Origin: Candidatus Micrarchaeota archaeon
GTDB lineage: Archaea > B1Sed10-29 > B47-G15
Reading direction: 5' to 3'
Length of the DNA stretch: 64,000 bases
NCBI GenBank assembly: GCA_003660975.1
Contig: QMVG01000003.1
Span: 53,235 to 117,234, forward strand
The notes beneath the pieces were generated by a model. The model saw only the letters and a list, made by a program, of their open reading frames with translations. It made no database searches and had not been told where the DNA came from. Below, one piece after another: positions 1-8,912 of the stretch. Within the stretch, counting starts at the first letter, position 1. Each line of letters starts with the position of its first letter. Position numbers and translations under genes: made by a program.

Positions 1-198
1 ACTTAGGTTGTTTGTAAATGTAATTGTTATGCTTTCATTTGTTTCATACCAATTTTTGTCAACAGATACAAAGACACCCTCACCAACCATTTTTGCCCTG
101 TAAGGCTTTATCTTAAAGAAGCCACCGACTATCAACAAAGCATAAAAGAAAGAGACAAGTATCAATCCTAATACTATTATCACCCATCCCTTCATCAT
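1..198 (-). CDS. Membrane-anchored/secreted hypothetical protein (runs off the window)
   Basis: Manually read ORF MMKGWVIIVLGLILVSLFYALLIVGG...; N-terminal hydrophobic segment; no stop before position 1. Confidence 0.6.
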   Translation of the reverse strand, partial: MMKGWVIIVLGLILVSFFYALLIVGGFFKIKPYRAKMVGEGVFVSVDKNWYETNESITITFTNNLS

Positions 199-231
199 TA
201 TCTTCTATTCATGTGAAATATAAAAAACTAA

Positions 232-1608
232 TTAATGTTTTCTCAAAAACTCTGCGTATTGGTTCATCACGCTTATTGTTTTAACGACCTCTGTTGGGGT
301 TTTATAACATGGTATTCCCATCTTTTGCAAGGTTCTAGTTGTTACCTTTGTGTATTCACCACCCAGAGTGCACACTAATAGCGGCTTTTTCTTTTTCTTG
401 TTAAACTCGCCAAGCACCCCAATTATGTCTGCATCTAAGCTTACAGCTTGCATGAGTGCTATGCAGAGGACAACATCTACATCATCAGATTTCTCTGCAT
501 ACTCTAGTGCATACGAATATCTTTTGCTATCTGCATCTCCAACAATGTCAAGAGGATTGTTTATGGCAGCATAATGAGGCAGCTTTGAGGCCAGAGCAAC
601 AGCGTTCTTCTTCTCTATCTTGCTGAGTTCCAGGCCATTTCTTATCACAGCATCTGTAGCCATTACTCCGAGACCTCCACCATTCGTAATTATCAAAACC
701 CTATTGCCCTTTGGCAGAGGTTGTTCAACAAATGCCTTTGCAAAATTTATTGCTTCTGTTATCGTATTTGCTCTTATGATTCCAGATTGCTTGAAGGCAG
801 CTTCGTAAACTCTGTCTTCTCCCCCAAGCGAAGCGGTGTGAGACACAACCGCTTTGAGACCCTCCTTTGTTCTGCCTGCTTTTATGGCTATTATCACCTT
901 TTTCTTTGAGACACGCTTTGCTATCTCCATTAACCTTCTGCCGTTTTTTGTGCCTTCTATATACATGACAATTACCTTCGTATCTGGGTCGTTCTCTAGG
1001 TATTCAAGGATATCTGCTTCATTTACATCTACCGCATTGCCATAAGAAACAAATTTAGAGAAGCCCAGCCCCTCATAAGCCATCCAATCAAGGACAGCCC
1101 CACCTATCGCTCCTGATTGGGTTATAAATGCTATGTTGCCTTTCTCTGGTCTTCTTAGTTTGTATCTCGGAAGAAACAGGGTATCAATGCCAGAGGAACT
1201 GTCATAAATGCCAATACAGTTGGGGCCCATGATATAAATTTTATACTTCTTTGCTATGCTTAACAATCTGTTTTCAAGCCTTTTCTCTCCTATCTCCCCA
1301 AAACCAGATGATATCACCACCACTGCTTTAACGCCTTTTCTACCACAGTCCTTCAGCACCTCTGGTACGAGGTTGGCAGGCACTGTTATTATAGCAAGGT
1401 CTATGCGGTATGGTATCTCCTGCACATTTCTGTAAACCTTATGGCCTAAGATTTCATCTGCATTTGGATTTACAGGAAAAACATCCCCTTTGAAGGACTC
1501 AATCATATTCCTAAAAACAGTATGTCCTATCTTATTGCTCTCCCTATTTACGCCGATCACAGCAACTCTCTTAGGTTTAAAGAAAAACCTCATTTTTTCG
1601 CTTTTCAT
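232..1608 (-). CDS. acdA: Acetate--CoA ligase (ADP-forming), alpha subunit
   Basis: CoA-binding fold (VAVIG, GPNCIG, QSGA), phospho-His motif SHTASL, NNPLD. Confidence 0.9.
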   Translation of the reverse strand: MKSEKMRFFFKPKRVAVIGVNRESNKIGHTVFRNMIESFKGDVFPVNPNADEILGHKVYRNVQEIPYRIDLAIITVPANLVPEVLKDCGRKGVKAVVVISSGFGEIGEKRLENRLLSIAKKYKIYIMGPNCIGIYDSSSGIDTLFLPRYKLRRPEKGNIAFITQSGAIGGAVLDWMAYEGLGFSKFVSYGNAVDVNEADILEYLENDPDTKVIVMYIEGTKNGRRLMEIAKRVSKKKVIIAIKAGRTKEGLKAVVSHTASLGGEDRVYEAAFKQSGIIRANTITEAINFAKAFVEQPLPKGNRVLIITNGGGLGVMATDAVIRNGLELSKIEKKNAVALASKLPHYAAINNPLDIVGDADSKRYSYALEYAEKSDDVDVVLCIALMQAVSLDADIIGVLGEFNKKKKKPLLVCTLGGEYTKVTTRTLQKMGIPCYKTPTEVVKTISVMNQYAEFLRKH

Positions 1609-1649
1609 CTACTCACTAGATGAGTTAAAACAGCTTTGCATAATAAAGA

Positions 1650-1823
1650 TTACGGTTCAATTGTCCCAGTCCAGGGGGACCTGAATTTGCTTTTTTCCTT
1701 AACAATCTTGTACATCATGACTTGGTCTATGTTGTCATTACCTTCGTTTTCATAATTCTCTATGTCTACCCTAATTAATGCTTTTAGAAAGTCAAGTAGT
1801 CTGCTGCCCTCTTTGCTGCCCAT
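1650..1823 (-). CDS. Small hypothetical protein (57 aa)
   Basis: Manually read ORF MGSKEGSRLLDFLKALIRVD...WTGTIEP, TATA-like element upstream. Confidence 0.45.
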   Translation of the reverse strand: MGSKEGSRLLDFLKALIRVDIENYENEGNDNIDQVMMYKIVKEKSKFRSPWTGTIEP

Positions 1824-1867
1824 CTAATAATATTTTTCTCTGCCAAATTATTTAAAACTGCGCCTGC

Positions 1868-2506
1868 TCATTCCCTTACAATCCTAACATCAGCACAATA
1901 GCAAGCATTTTCATTACATATAACTGGATTCAGGTCCATCTCTGCAATTTTCTCTTTTTCCATCATTTTTGATACTTTGATTATGGTTTCAACAAGCTGC
2001 CTCTTATTCACTGGAGGAAGCCCTCTTATTCCATCCATCACCTTTTTCCCTCTGATTTCATTGACCATTTCCTCTGCATCCATTCGGCTCACAGGGCAGA
2101 TTCTTATTGAAATGTCCTCAATTATTTCTGTAAATATTCCTCCCAAACCAAAGAGCACAAAAGGCCCAAATTGCGGGTCCTTTTTTCCTCCTACAATGAA
2201 TTCAATGCCCTTTAATTTTTCCTGAACCAGCACTGCCTCAAATTTTATCCTGTGTTTCTTGGCTACTTTTTGGAGAGCATAAAAAGCTTGCTCTAAATCA
2301 TCATCATCTTTTATATCCGTGATTACAGCACCTACATCTGTCTTGTGAACTAGCTTATCACTTAAGAGCTTCATCACCAGAGGATACCTTATCTGCTTAG
2401 CAGCATTTAGCGCTTGCTTTAGGTTTTTGACCACTATCTGTTTGGGGGTGTTTAGCCTGTATTTTTTTACGAGCCTCTCTGAACTGCCAAAATCAAGAAT
2501 CTTCAT
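1868..2506 (-). CDS. acdB: Acetate--CoA ligase (ADP-forming), beta subunit (ATP-grasp)
   Basis: HKTDVG, DPQFGP, GLGGIFTE, EMDLNP motifs. Confidence 0.9.
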   Translation of the reverse strand: MKILDFGSSERLVKKYRLNTPKQIVVKNLKQALNAAKQIRYPLVMKLLSDKLVHKTDVGAVITDIKDDDDLEQAFYALQKVAKKHRIKFEAVLVQEKLKGIEFIVGGKKDPQFGPFVLFGLGGIFTEIIEDISIRICPVSRMDAEEMVNEIRGKKVMDGIRGLPPVNKRQLVETIIKVSKMMEKEKIAEMDLNPVICNENACYCADVRIVRE

Positions 2507-2621
2507 TACTTCCTTTTAAAGCAGCAAATCTATATAAAGCTAATCTGAGCATATATTTGAGTCCTTTTCTTATGGAAAGCCATAAAAAGTTACAGGGCTT
2601 TATCCAAGCAAAGGTGATACT

Positions 2622-3899
2622 TTGGAGATTCAGTTTTTAGGGGCCTGCCGTGAAGTGGGCAGATCGGCCTTTTTGGTCCAAGGCAAGAAGAAAAACATTG
2701 TTTTGGATTATGGAAATAAGATAAACCCTGAAGAAAACCTTTTCCCTCTGCCAGTTAGAAAGCACATAGATTTGGCTATTCTTTCTCATGCTCACTTGGA
2801 CCATTCAGGCGCTTTCCCTCTTTTATTCAAGCGCTCAGAATTTGATGTCTATATGACACCTCCAACGCTTCCTGTTTCAGAGTTGCTAATACGCGATTCA
2901 ATCAAAGTGAGCAAGTTAAGAGGTTTTGAAGAGCTTTTCAATGAAGTGCATTTAAAACGCTTTTTAAACAATGTTAAGACCTTGCCATACGACAGAGAAA
3001 AAAGCTTGGGGGCAGGCATTTCACTTGAGTTTGGCGATGCTGGGCACATAATAGGAGCTGCCATATCAAGCATACATTTTGATGATGTCCACCTCCTTTA
3101 CACAGGGGACTTTAAGCTGAAGGAAACGCATATGCACAAGGTTGCTAGGTCTAATTTCAAGAACATTGATGTATTGATAATTGAAAGCACATACGCTGGT
3201 GAAAAGCACCCCGATAGACACAAGCTTGAAGAGGAATTTGTGGCAGATTGTCAACGCATATGTGATGAAGGGGGAAATGTTTTGCTTCCAGCCTTTGCTG
3301 TTGGCAGGAGTCAGGAATTGGCAGCTGTGTTAAGTGACCATAACTTTGATTATCCTGTGTATATGGATGGGATGAGCAATAGCGTTTCAGAAATTATGTT
3401 GGAATTTCCAGACTATGTGAGAGATTATGATGATTTATACAGGGCCTTAAAAACCGTTGAATGGATTACTACTGAGAGGCAGAGAAGATTGGCATTGAAA
3501 GAGCCAAGTGTTATAATCTCTCCTGCAGGCATGCTCCAGGGCGGTCATGTTCTTTGGTATCTTTTAAAGCTGAGAGACAGACCTGGTTCAGCAGTTTTCA
3601 TAACTGGCTATCAAGTAGAGGGAACACCAGGAAGAATGCTTTTGGACACTAAGAGAATAAATATTGATGGTTATGAAATAGACATGTCTCATCTGGAAAT
3701 AAAGAAGTTTGACTTTTCCGCTCATGCAGATGATGATGACCTGCGCAGCTTCATAAAAAAGGTTGACCCCAAGCTTATTTTCGCTGTTCACGGTGATGAG
3801 GAGAAAACAGAGAAGCTACAGCAGTGGGCAAGGGATGAAGGTTACTATGCTTTTGCTCCGAGAATAGGGGATGACTTCGTAATAAATAAATACTTATAA
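2622..3899 (+). CDS. MBL-fold beta-CASP ribonuclease (aCPSF2-like)
   Basis: GACREVGRS, HAHLDH, AGHIIG, TGDF, ESTY, FAVGRSQE, SAHAD, VHGD; GGTGA RBS before a TTG start. Confidence 0.9.
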   Translation: MEIQFLGACREVGRSAFLVQGKKKNIVLDYGNKINPEENLFPLPVRKHIDLAILSHAHLDHSGAFPLLFKRSEFDVYMTPPTLPVSELLIRDSIKVSKLRGFEELFNEVHLKRFLNNVKTLPYDREKSLGAGISLEFGDAGHIIGAAISSIHFDDVHLLYTGDFKLKETHMHKVARSNFKNIDVLIIESTYAGEKHPDRHKLEEEFVADCQRICDEGGNVLLPAFAVGRSQELAAVLSDHNFDYPVYMDGMSNSVSEIMLEFPDYVRDYDDLYRALKTVEWITTERQRRLALKEPSVIISPAGMLQGGHVLWYLLKLRDRPGSAVFITGYQVEGTPGRMLLDTKRINIDGYEIDMSHLEIKKFDFSAHADDDDLRSFIKKVDPKLIFAVHGDEEKTEKLQQWARDEGYYAFAPRIGDDFVINKYL

Positions 3900-3923
3900 A
3901 CTTCTTCTAAAAATGTGATTGCG

Positions 3924-4619
3924 ATGGCAGATAAAGAAAAAAAATTTTGCCCGAGATGTGGGGCAACTAATAGGCCTTTTTACAATGGCCTGTGTGTGGA
4001 TTGCTATAAAGAACTGCATAGCACTGAATTGGTGAGCTTTCCATCTAAAGTAGTGGTCGAGCGTTGCCCCCACTGTGGTAAGTATTTTTATAAGGGCAAG
4101 TGCTTGCCCTCAACATACAACAGTTTGCAGAAGGTTATAGCCTCAAAAGTGAAGAGCAAGCTTTACAAGACGAAAATAGACGTTGATGCTGCTTACAATT
4201 CTGTTGTCATAACCGTGTCTGGTTTTATTGATGCAGAGGAGCAGATTCCGTTTAAAATAGAGAAAGAGCTTCCCTTGAAAATAAAAGGCAAGGTCTGTGA
4301 TACTTGTTCTAAACTTCACGGCAATTACCATGAAGTGAAGATACAAGCGAGAAGAAAGAAAGGCAGCAACAGAAAGGATTATGAAAAGCTCTTGGCAGAC
4401 ATCAGGCACAGCACGAGAAAACTCCGCGCTTTGGACGACAGAGCAGCTGCTTTTTGGGAAAAGAAAACAAGGGAAGGAACCGACTTTTTCTATGTTCACA
4501 AGCAGTCAGGAGAGGAAATCGTTAAAGCAATTGAGAAGAAGTATAACTTGAAGGCAAAGCACAGCACAAGAATAGGGAGAAAGGGAAGAAGAAAGCACAC
4601 ATATAGCATACGCGTTTAG
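3924..4619 (+). CDS. NMD3-family ribosome biogenesis protein
   Basis: Four CxxC pairs (CPRC, CVDC, CPHC, CDTC) followed by YHEVKIQAR. Confidence 0.75.
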   Translation: MADKEKKFCPRCGATNRPFYNGLCVDCYKELHSTELVSFPSKVVVERCPHCGKYFYKGKCLPSTYNSLQKVIASKVKSKLYKTKIDVDAAYNSVVITVSGFIDAEEQIPFKIEKELPLKIKGKVCDTCSKLHGNYHEVKIQARRKKGSNRKDYEKLLADIRHSTRKLRALDDRAAAFWEKKTREGTDFFYVHKQSGEEIVKAIEKKYNLKAKHSTRIGRKGRRKHTYSIRV

Positions 4620-4909
4620 CTTTTCTTTATCTTTTTTATGTCTTTTCTATAGCTTTTGGAAACCTCTAAACCCCTTTGCCATTCATCCATTATTGTTCTT
4701 GCTTTGTCCGATATATTTTTCCTTTCCTCTGGCAATATCTCCGAAAGCCTTCCTATAATCCTTTCTATCTCTGCTTTTGAAAGACCTTCTTTTTCCAATT
4801 CTTGCTTAAAGCTTCCAATCTTTTTGTCTCTGAATTCCTCGTAGTATCTCTGAAGCCTTCTCCTTGCCATGACTTTCTTAAGTTGATTAAGCTTTTTAAG
4901 TTTTTGCAA
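4616..4909 (-). CDS. Basic hypothetical protein
   Basis: ORF track; Lys/Arg/Glu-rich. Confidence 0.5.
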   Translation of the reverse strand: MQKLKKLNQLKKVMARRRLQRYYEEFRDKKIGSFKQELEKEGLSKAEIERIIGRLSEILPEERKNISDKARTIMDEWQRGLEVSKSYRKDIKKIKKS

Positions 4910-4922
4910 TCATAATATAGGC

Positions 4923-5189
4923 ATGGCAATAGTGGGTCAGATTCCTCATTTTTGGCACGACAAAGAAGGCAAGGCACATAGGAATATGCTTCAAATAGAG
5001 GTAGAGGAACCACAGCTGAAAGGTGGCTTTCCGAGAGATGGCAGTGTTACGATAAGATTGCAAGACGAGCAGGCTCAAAAGGCGTTCAAAATGACTGCTC
5101 AGGAGGCCTTGCAATTAGGACAGGAATTGCTTGATATAGCCAAGGAACTGCTTTCAAAAAAGAGAGAGCTGTGGAGAAAGAGGCGATGA
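4923..5189 (+). CDS. Hypothetical protein (beta-strands plus C-terminal helix)
   Basis: ORF track; 1 nt upstream of the ureohydrolase gene. Confidence 0.65.
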   Translation: MAIVGQIPHFWHDKEGKAHRNMLQIEVEEPQLKGGFPRDGSVTIRLQDEQAQKAFKMTAQEALQLGQELLDIAKELLSKKRELWRKRR

Positions 5190-5190
5190 A

Positions 5191-5982
5191 ATGCTTATTA
5201 AAAACACTCTTCTGTCTGAAAACATATACTCAATAGAAGAGGCAGAGGTAATTATTCTAGGTGTGCCGTTTGACTCCACAGTATCAGAATATCCTGGAAC
5301 AAGGTTTGCGCCACTTAGGATAAGAGAGGATTTCAATATATCTGTTAACCAATATTTAGCAGAGATGGGTAGTATCTCTGACGTAAAATTGTATGACGCA
5401 GGAAATCTTTTGGTCAGTCACGGTAATCCAAAGAAGACATTGAATGACTTGCAGTCAGACTTTAGGTCCATCTATAAACAAAACCCAGAAGCTAAGTATA
5501 TTGTGATTGGAGGAGAGCATAGCATAAGCTTCCCGGTATTTGAGGTGATTAACAGTTTTGGAGATTTGGATTACCTTTGTTATGATGCCCACTGGGACCT
5601 CCTAGACGAAGCTTACGGGATAAAGGAAAGCCACGAATGCGTTAACAGAAGGATATTCGAGCTTGTGGGTGGAGACAGAATGAGGATAAAAGGCGTTAGG
5701 GAAGAGAGCAGGGAAGAGAAGGACTTTTCATCTCGAATAACAGGTAAGCTTCTTGGCAACAATCCCATATATCTCTCAATTGATTTGGATATTTTGGATA
5801 ATGTGCCCGTAAGCTGCCCAGTACCCGGTGGAATGTCTTTTGAGGAGCTATGGCGCGAAATTTCAAAAATAGAGAAGATAAAAGCAGTTGACATTGTTGA
5901 ATACAATCCATTGTTGGGATACTCTCCTATCCCTGCCGAGCTGTTGAAGAGACTTATCTTGCTTCTTGCAAAATCACATTAG
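5191..5982 (+). CDS. Agmatinase/ureohydrolase family protein
   Basis: GVPFD, GGEHS, DAHWD, SIDLD, DIVEYNP metal-binding motifs. Confidence 0.85.
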   Translation: MLIKNTLLSENIYSIEEAEVIILGVPFDSTVSEYPGTRFAPLRIREDFNISVNQYLAEMGSISDVKLYDAGNLLVSHGNPKKTLNDLQSDFRSIYKQNPEAKYIVIGGEHSISFPVFEVINSFGDLDYLCYDAHWDLLDEAYGIKESHECVNRRIFELVGGDRMRIKGVREESREEKDFSSRITGKLLGNNPIYLSIDLDILDNVPVSCPVPGGMSFEELWREISKIEKIKAVDIVEYNPLLGYSPIPAELLKRLILLLAKSH

Positions 5983-6909
5983 AACACGAGTGGTCATAAA
6001 CATGATGTAAATTAAGATAAGGAGCAATGCAGATTTTTTCCTCAATTTCTCATGCAGGCCAAATAGGACAGCCACAAGGCCTGTTATCACAAACAAAACA
6101 GGAAGGTCAAAGCTTAGCGTTAGGTTTTCCACCTTGAATCCAGCTACGACTGCACCAAGGCCTAACACTAATGTTGGATTTAATATGTTGCTTCCTATTA
6201 GTGTGCCAACGCTTAGCCTATTTATCCTTCTCAATATCGCGGTTATGCTGACAGTTAACTCAGGCAAGGCAGTTCCTAGGCCTATAAGTAGCCCTATTAT
6301 CACCTCATCCAACTTCAATGCATTTGATATTCTTATGCCGCTTTCAACAACAAGGTTAGCCCCATAGATAAGGAGAAGCACCCCAATAAAACCAATGATA
6401 ATGTCCCTTATATCTTCTTTCCTTAACCTTATGAATAGGTCGTGCTTTTCTATGCCTTTTAATATGTGCTGAGCATATGTAAAGTACATGCCAATTAATA
6501 CAAAACCTTCTAGAGGGCTTATGAAATTGTCAACAGCAAATACATAGAGCATTGCAATCACAGCCAGCATTGTCCCACAATCCCTGTACCAATCCCTCTC
6601 TTTTAGTGCTAACACACCAAAGAGACCTGCAATGCCAAGTGTCAAGGTCAAGTTTACGATATTACTTCCAATAGCATTTCCTATGGCAATGCCAGAGGCC
6701 TCTATGCCCAGCATGTTGTGGAAACCGGCATTCAAACTTGTTGCTATTTCAGGAAGACTTGTGCCTATTGAAACAACAGTAAGACCTATCAGCAATTCGC
6801 TCATGCCTGCTCTCTCTGCAAAGCGTTTAACAGCCTTTACTATTGTGTCGCTTCCGAAGATGAGCATGCCAAGGCCAACCAAAAACACCACTATATCAAT
6901 TGGGTTCAT
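5974..6909 (-). CDS. Ca2+/Na+ antiporter (CaCA family)
   Basis: Two alpha repeats GTSLPE..GSN and GTALPE..GSN; start set at ATG 6909. Confidence 0.9.
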   Translation of the reverse strand: MNPIDIVVFLVGLGMLIFGSDTIVKAVKRFAERAGMSELLIGLTVVSIGTSLPEIATSLNAGFHNMLGIEASGIAIGNAIGSNIVNLTLTLGIAGLFGVLALKERDWYRDCGTMLAVIAMLYVFAVDNFISPLEGFVLIGMYFTYAQHILKGIEKHDLFIRLRKEDIRDIIIGFIGVLLLIYGANLVVESGIRISNALKLDEVIIGLLIGLGTALPELTVSITAILRRINRLSVGTLIGSNILNPTLVLGLGAVVAGFKVENLTLSFDLPVLFVITGLVAVLFGLHEKLRKKSALLLILIYIMFMTTRVLM

Positions 6910-6984
6910 AAAAAAAGCTAAGCAGTTGGTGTTTAAAAAGATGTGCCAGAGAAATTTAAATAAATCTTTTATTATTATATTATC

Positions 6985-7407
6985 ATGGATTGGAATCAAT
7001 TTGATAAAGGAGTCTTTTTGGTAAACTTATTGGGCATCATATATGACCCCAAAACTAAAAAGATTTTAATTGGCAAGAGGGAAAATGACCCCTACATCAA
7101 AGAGCTATCTTGGTGTTTTCCAGGAGGCAGGCCTGGCTATGTTGATGACCTGGAATTTTACCTCAAAGAGCAGATTAAAATCAAAACAGGACTAGAGGTT
7201 GAGCCTAAAAAAATTGTCTTTGCTAAAACATATCCGGAAAAAAGAGAATTCCTCTCAATATACTACTATTGCGAAGTTTTGGGTGGTGAGGAGAAGGCCG
7301 GTGATAAATTTGTTGAAATAAAATGGGTAAGACCTACAGAGGTTGTTAATTATTTTACTACCTCCTTACACCAAAAGGTTCTAGATTTCTTAAGGACACT
7401 AGAGTGA
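6985..7407 (+). CDS. Nudix-fold protein with degenerate Nudix box
   Basis: WCFPGG..TGL frame present, but REUXEE replaced by KEQIKIK. Confidence 0.75.
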   Translation: MDWNQFDKGVFLVNLLGIIYDPKTKKILIGKRENDPYIKELSWCFPGGRPGYVDDLEFYLKEQIKIKTGLEVEPKKIVFAKTYPEKREFLSIYYYCEVLGGEEKAGDKFVEIKWVRPTEVVNYFTTSLHQKVLDFLRTLE

Positions 7408-7492
7408 CGGAGGATTGCGTAAATTAACAGATATTGCTGATTTTTAGCAAAGTTTTTAAACATTTACCTGCTTTAATAAGAAGGGGATTTTT

Positions 7493-8260
7493 ATGAAAGG
7501 TGATAGAGTTTCATCAGGAATATTCGGCTTGGATGATCTAGTGGCGGGAGGCTTCCCCAAAAATAGTATAATTCTTTTGGCAGGAGGTCCAGGCACAGGT
7601 AAAACCACATTTTCTCTACAATACCTATATAAAGGCATAGTTGACTATGGAGAAAATGCTATCTATGTCAGTTCAGAAGAAGATTTTAATGAGATAAACA
7701 CATCTATGTCTGCTTTTGGGATGGACTTTGAGAAAGTATCCAATGAAAAAAAATTTTCAATGATAACATTTGAAGGGAGCACTGAGATTAAAGAACTCAT
7801 CTCACGGATAAAAAACTCAGCAAAGCAAATAAAGGCCAACAGGTTAGTTATTGACTCTTTTTCATCTTTGGAGCTATTTGCTTCAACATATAAATCAGTC
7901 ATAAATGAGTTGCCTCTATCAGCTTTGAGGTTGCCTTCATCTGTTATGGTGCCAACAGAGGCAATAGTTAGAAAGATGTTGTACAAATTGATATCCAGTT
8001 TGAAACAATTAGGATTAACAACAATCTTAACATCTGAGTTTGATGGCAGCACAAAATATTCGAGATATGGGGTTGCAGAATTTTTAGTCGATGGTTTGAT
8101 AGTCTTACATTACTCATCTATCGGACAAAAAAAGTTTGGCAACATTGAGATTAAGAAGCTTAGGAAGACCAAACACACGCACGGTATTTTTGATTATGAC
8201 CTCACCGAAAAAGGCTTTGAGATATTTGTAGAGCATGGACCTTCAATCATAATGAAGTGA
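7493..8260 (+). CDS. KaiC/RAD55-like RecA-superfamily ATPase (single domain)
   Basis: SSGIFGLDDL, Walker A GGPGTGKT, SSEE, Walker B VIDS, EFLVDG, KLRKT. Confidence 0.9.
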   Translation: MKGDRVSSGIFGLDDLVAGGFPKNSIILLAGGPGTGKTTFSLQYLYKGIVDYGENAIYVSSEEDFNEINTSMSAFGMDFEKVSNEKKFSMITFEGSTEIKELISRIKNSAKQIKANRLVIDSFSSLELFASTYKSVINELPLSALRLPSSVMVPTEAIVRKMLYKLISSLKQLGLTTILTSEFDGSTKYSRYGVAEFLVDGLIVLHYSSIGQKKFGNIEIKKLRKTKHTHGIFDYDLTEKGFEIFVEHGPSIIMK

Positions 8261-8264
8261 TAAA

Positions 8265-8909
8265 ATGCCATTTATGTCCGGCGCATACGGTCTTTTTGGT
8301 AAATGGCTAATTTCAGGTCAACTTAAGATCAGCGAAGGCGATATTTCTTTGCTTGGGCAAAGAGTGGCAATGCTTCCAACTTCTTTTTTTGTTGAGATGG
8401 AAAAGACAGTACAGAAATCAAATAGTCCAACTCTCCGAGACGATGTTTATCTTTGGGCATGGAAAATTGCTTATTTGTACATTAAAAAATTTGTGGAGGA
8501 ATATGGTCTGAAGACCTTTGAAGAAAGGTATAAATGGGGAATGGATATTGCTTCTTTAGCTGGCTTTGGGGATTATAAAACTATTGATTATCATGATAAA
8601 GAATATAGTTATTTTTACATTATAAACAATCCAATCGCGGAGGCTTTTTACCCTTCTAAAAAAGCAGTAGACACTTTCCTTAGGGGCATAAATGCAGGTG
8701 GTGGTACTGCCTGTCATATGCAGATAGTCAATTGTTTGGAGACCGACTGCCAAGCAATAAATGGCCAAAAATGTGTTTTTATAACAGGCACAGAAAGAGC
8801 ACATGAAAAGTTCGGAGTTTCTGATTTGTACGCTGAACAGTTGGATCTTGATTATGTACTTCCGCAACAAAAAGAATTCCTAAGAAAGGTAGGATTACCG
8901 AAGGTGTAG
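8265..8909 (+). CDS. V4R (4-vinyl reductase) domain ligand-sensing protein
   Basis: FLRGINAG...CLETDCQAINGQKCVF matches the V4R Cys/Glu pattern; N-terminal GxI-x-LLGQRV. Confidence 0.75.
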   Translation: MPFMSGAYGLFGKWLISGQLKISEGDISLLGQRVAMLPTSFFVEMEKTVQKSNSPTLRDDVYLWAWKIAYLYIKKFVEEYGLKTFEERYKWGMDIASLAGFGDYKTIDYHDKEYSYFYIINNPIAEAFYPSKKAVDTFLRGINAGGGTACHMQIVNCLETDCQAINGQKCVFITGTERAHEKFGVSDLYAEQLDLDYVLPQQKEFLRKVGLPKV

Positions 8910-8912
8910 TAA

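Noticed and set aside
7493-8260. Circadian clock KaiC
   Set aside because: Single ATPase domain with no kaiA/kaiB; belongs to the broader archaeal KaiC-like family
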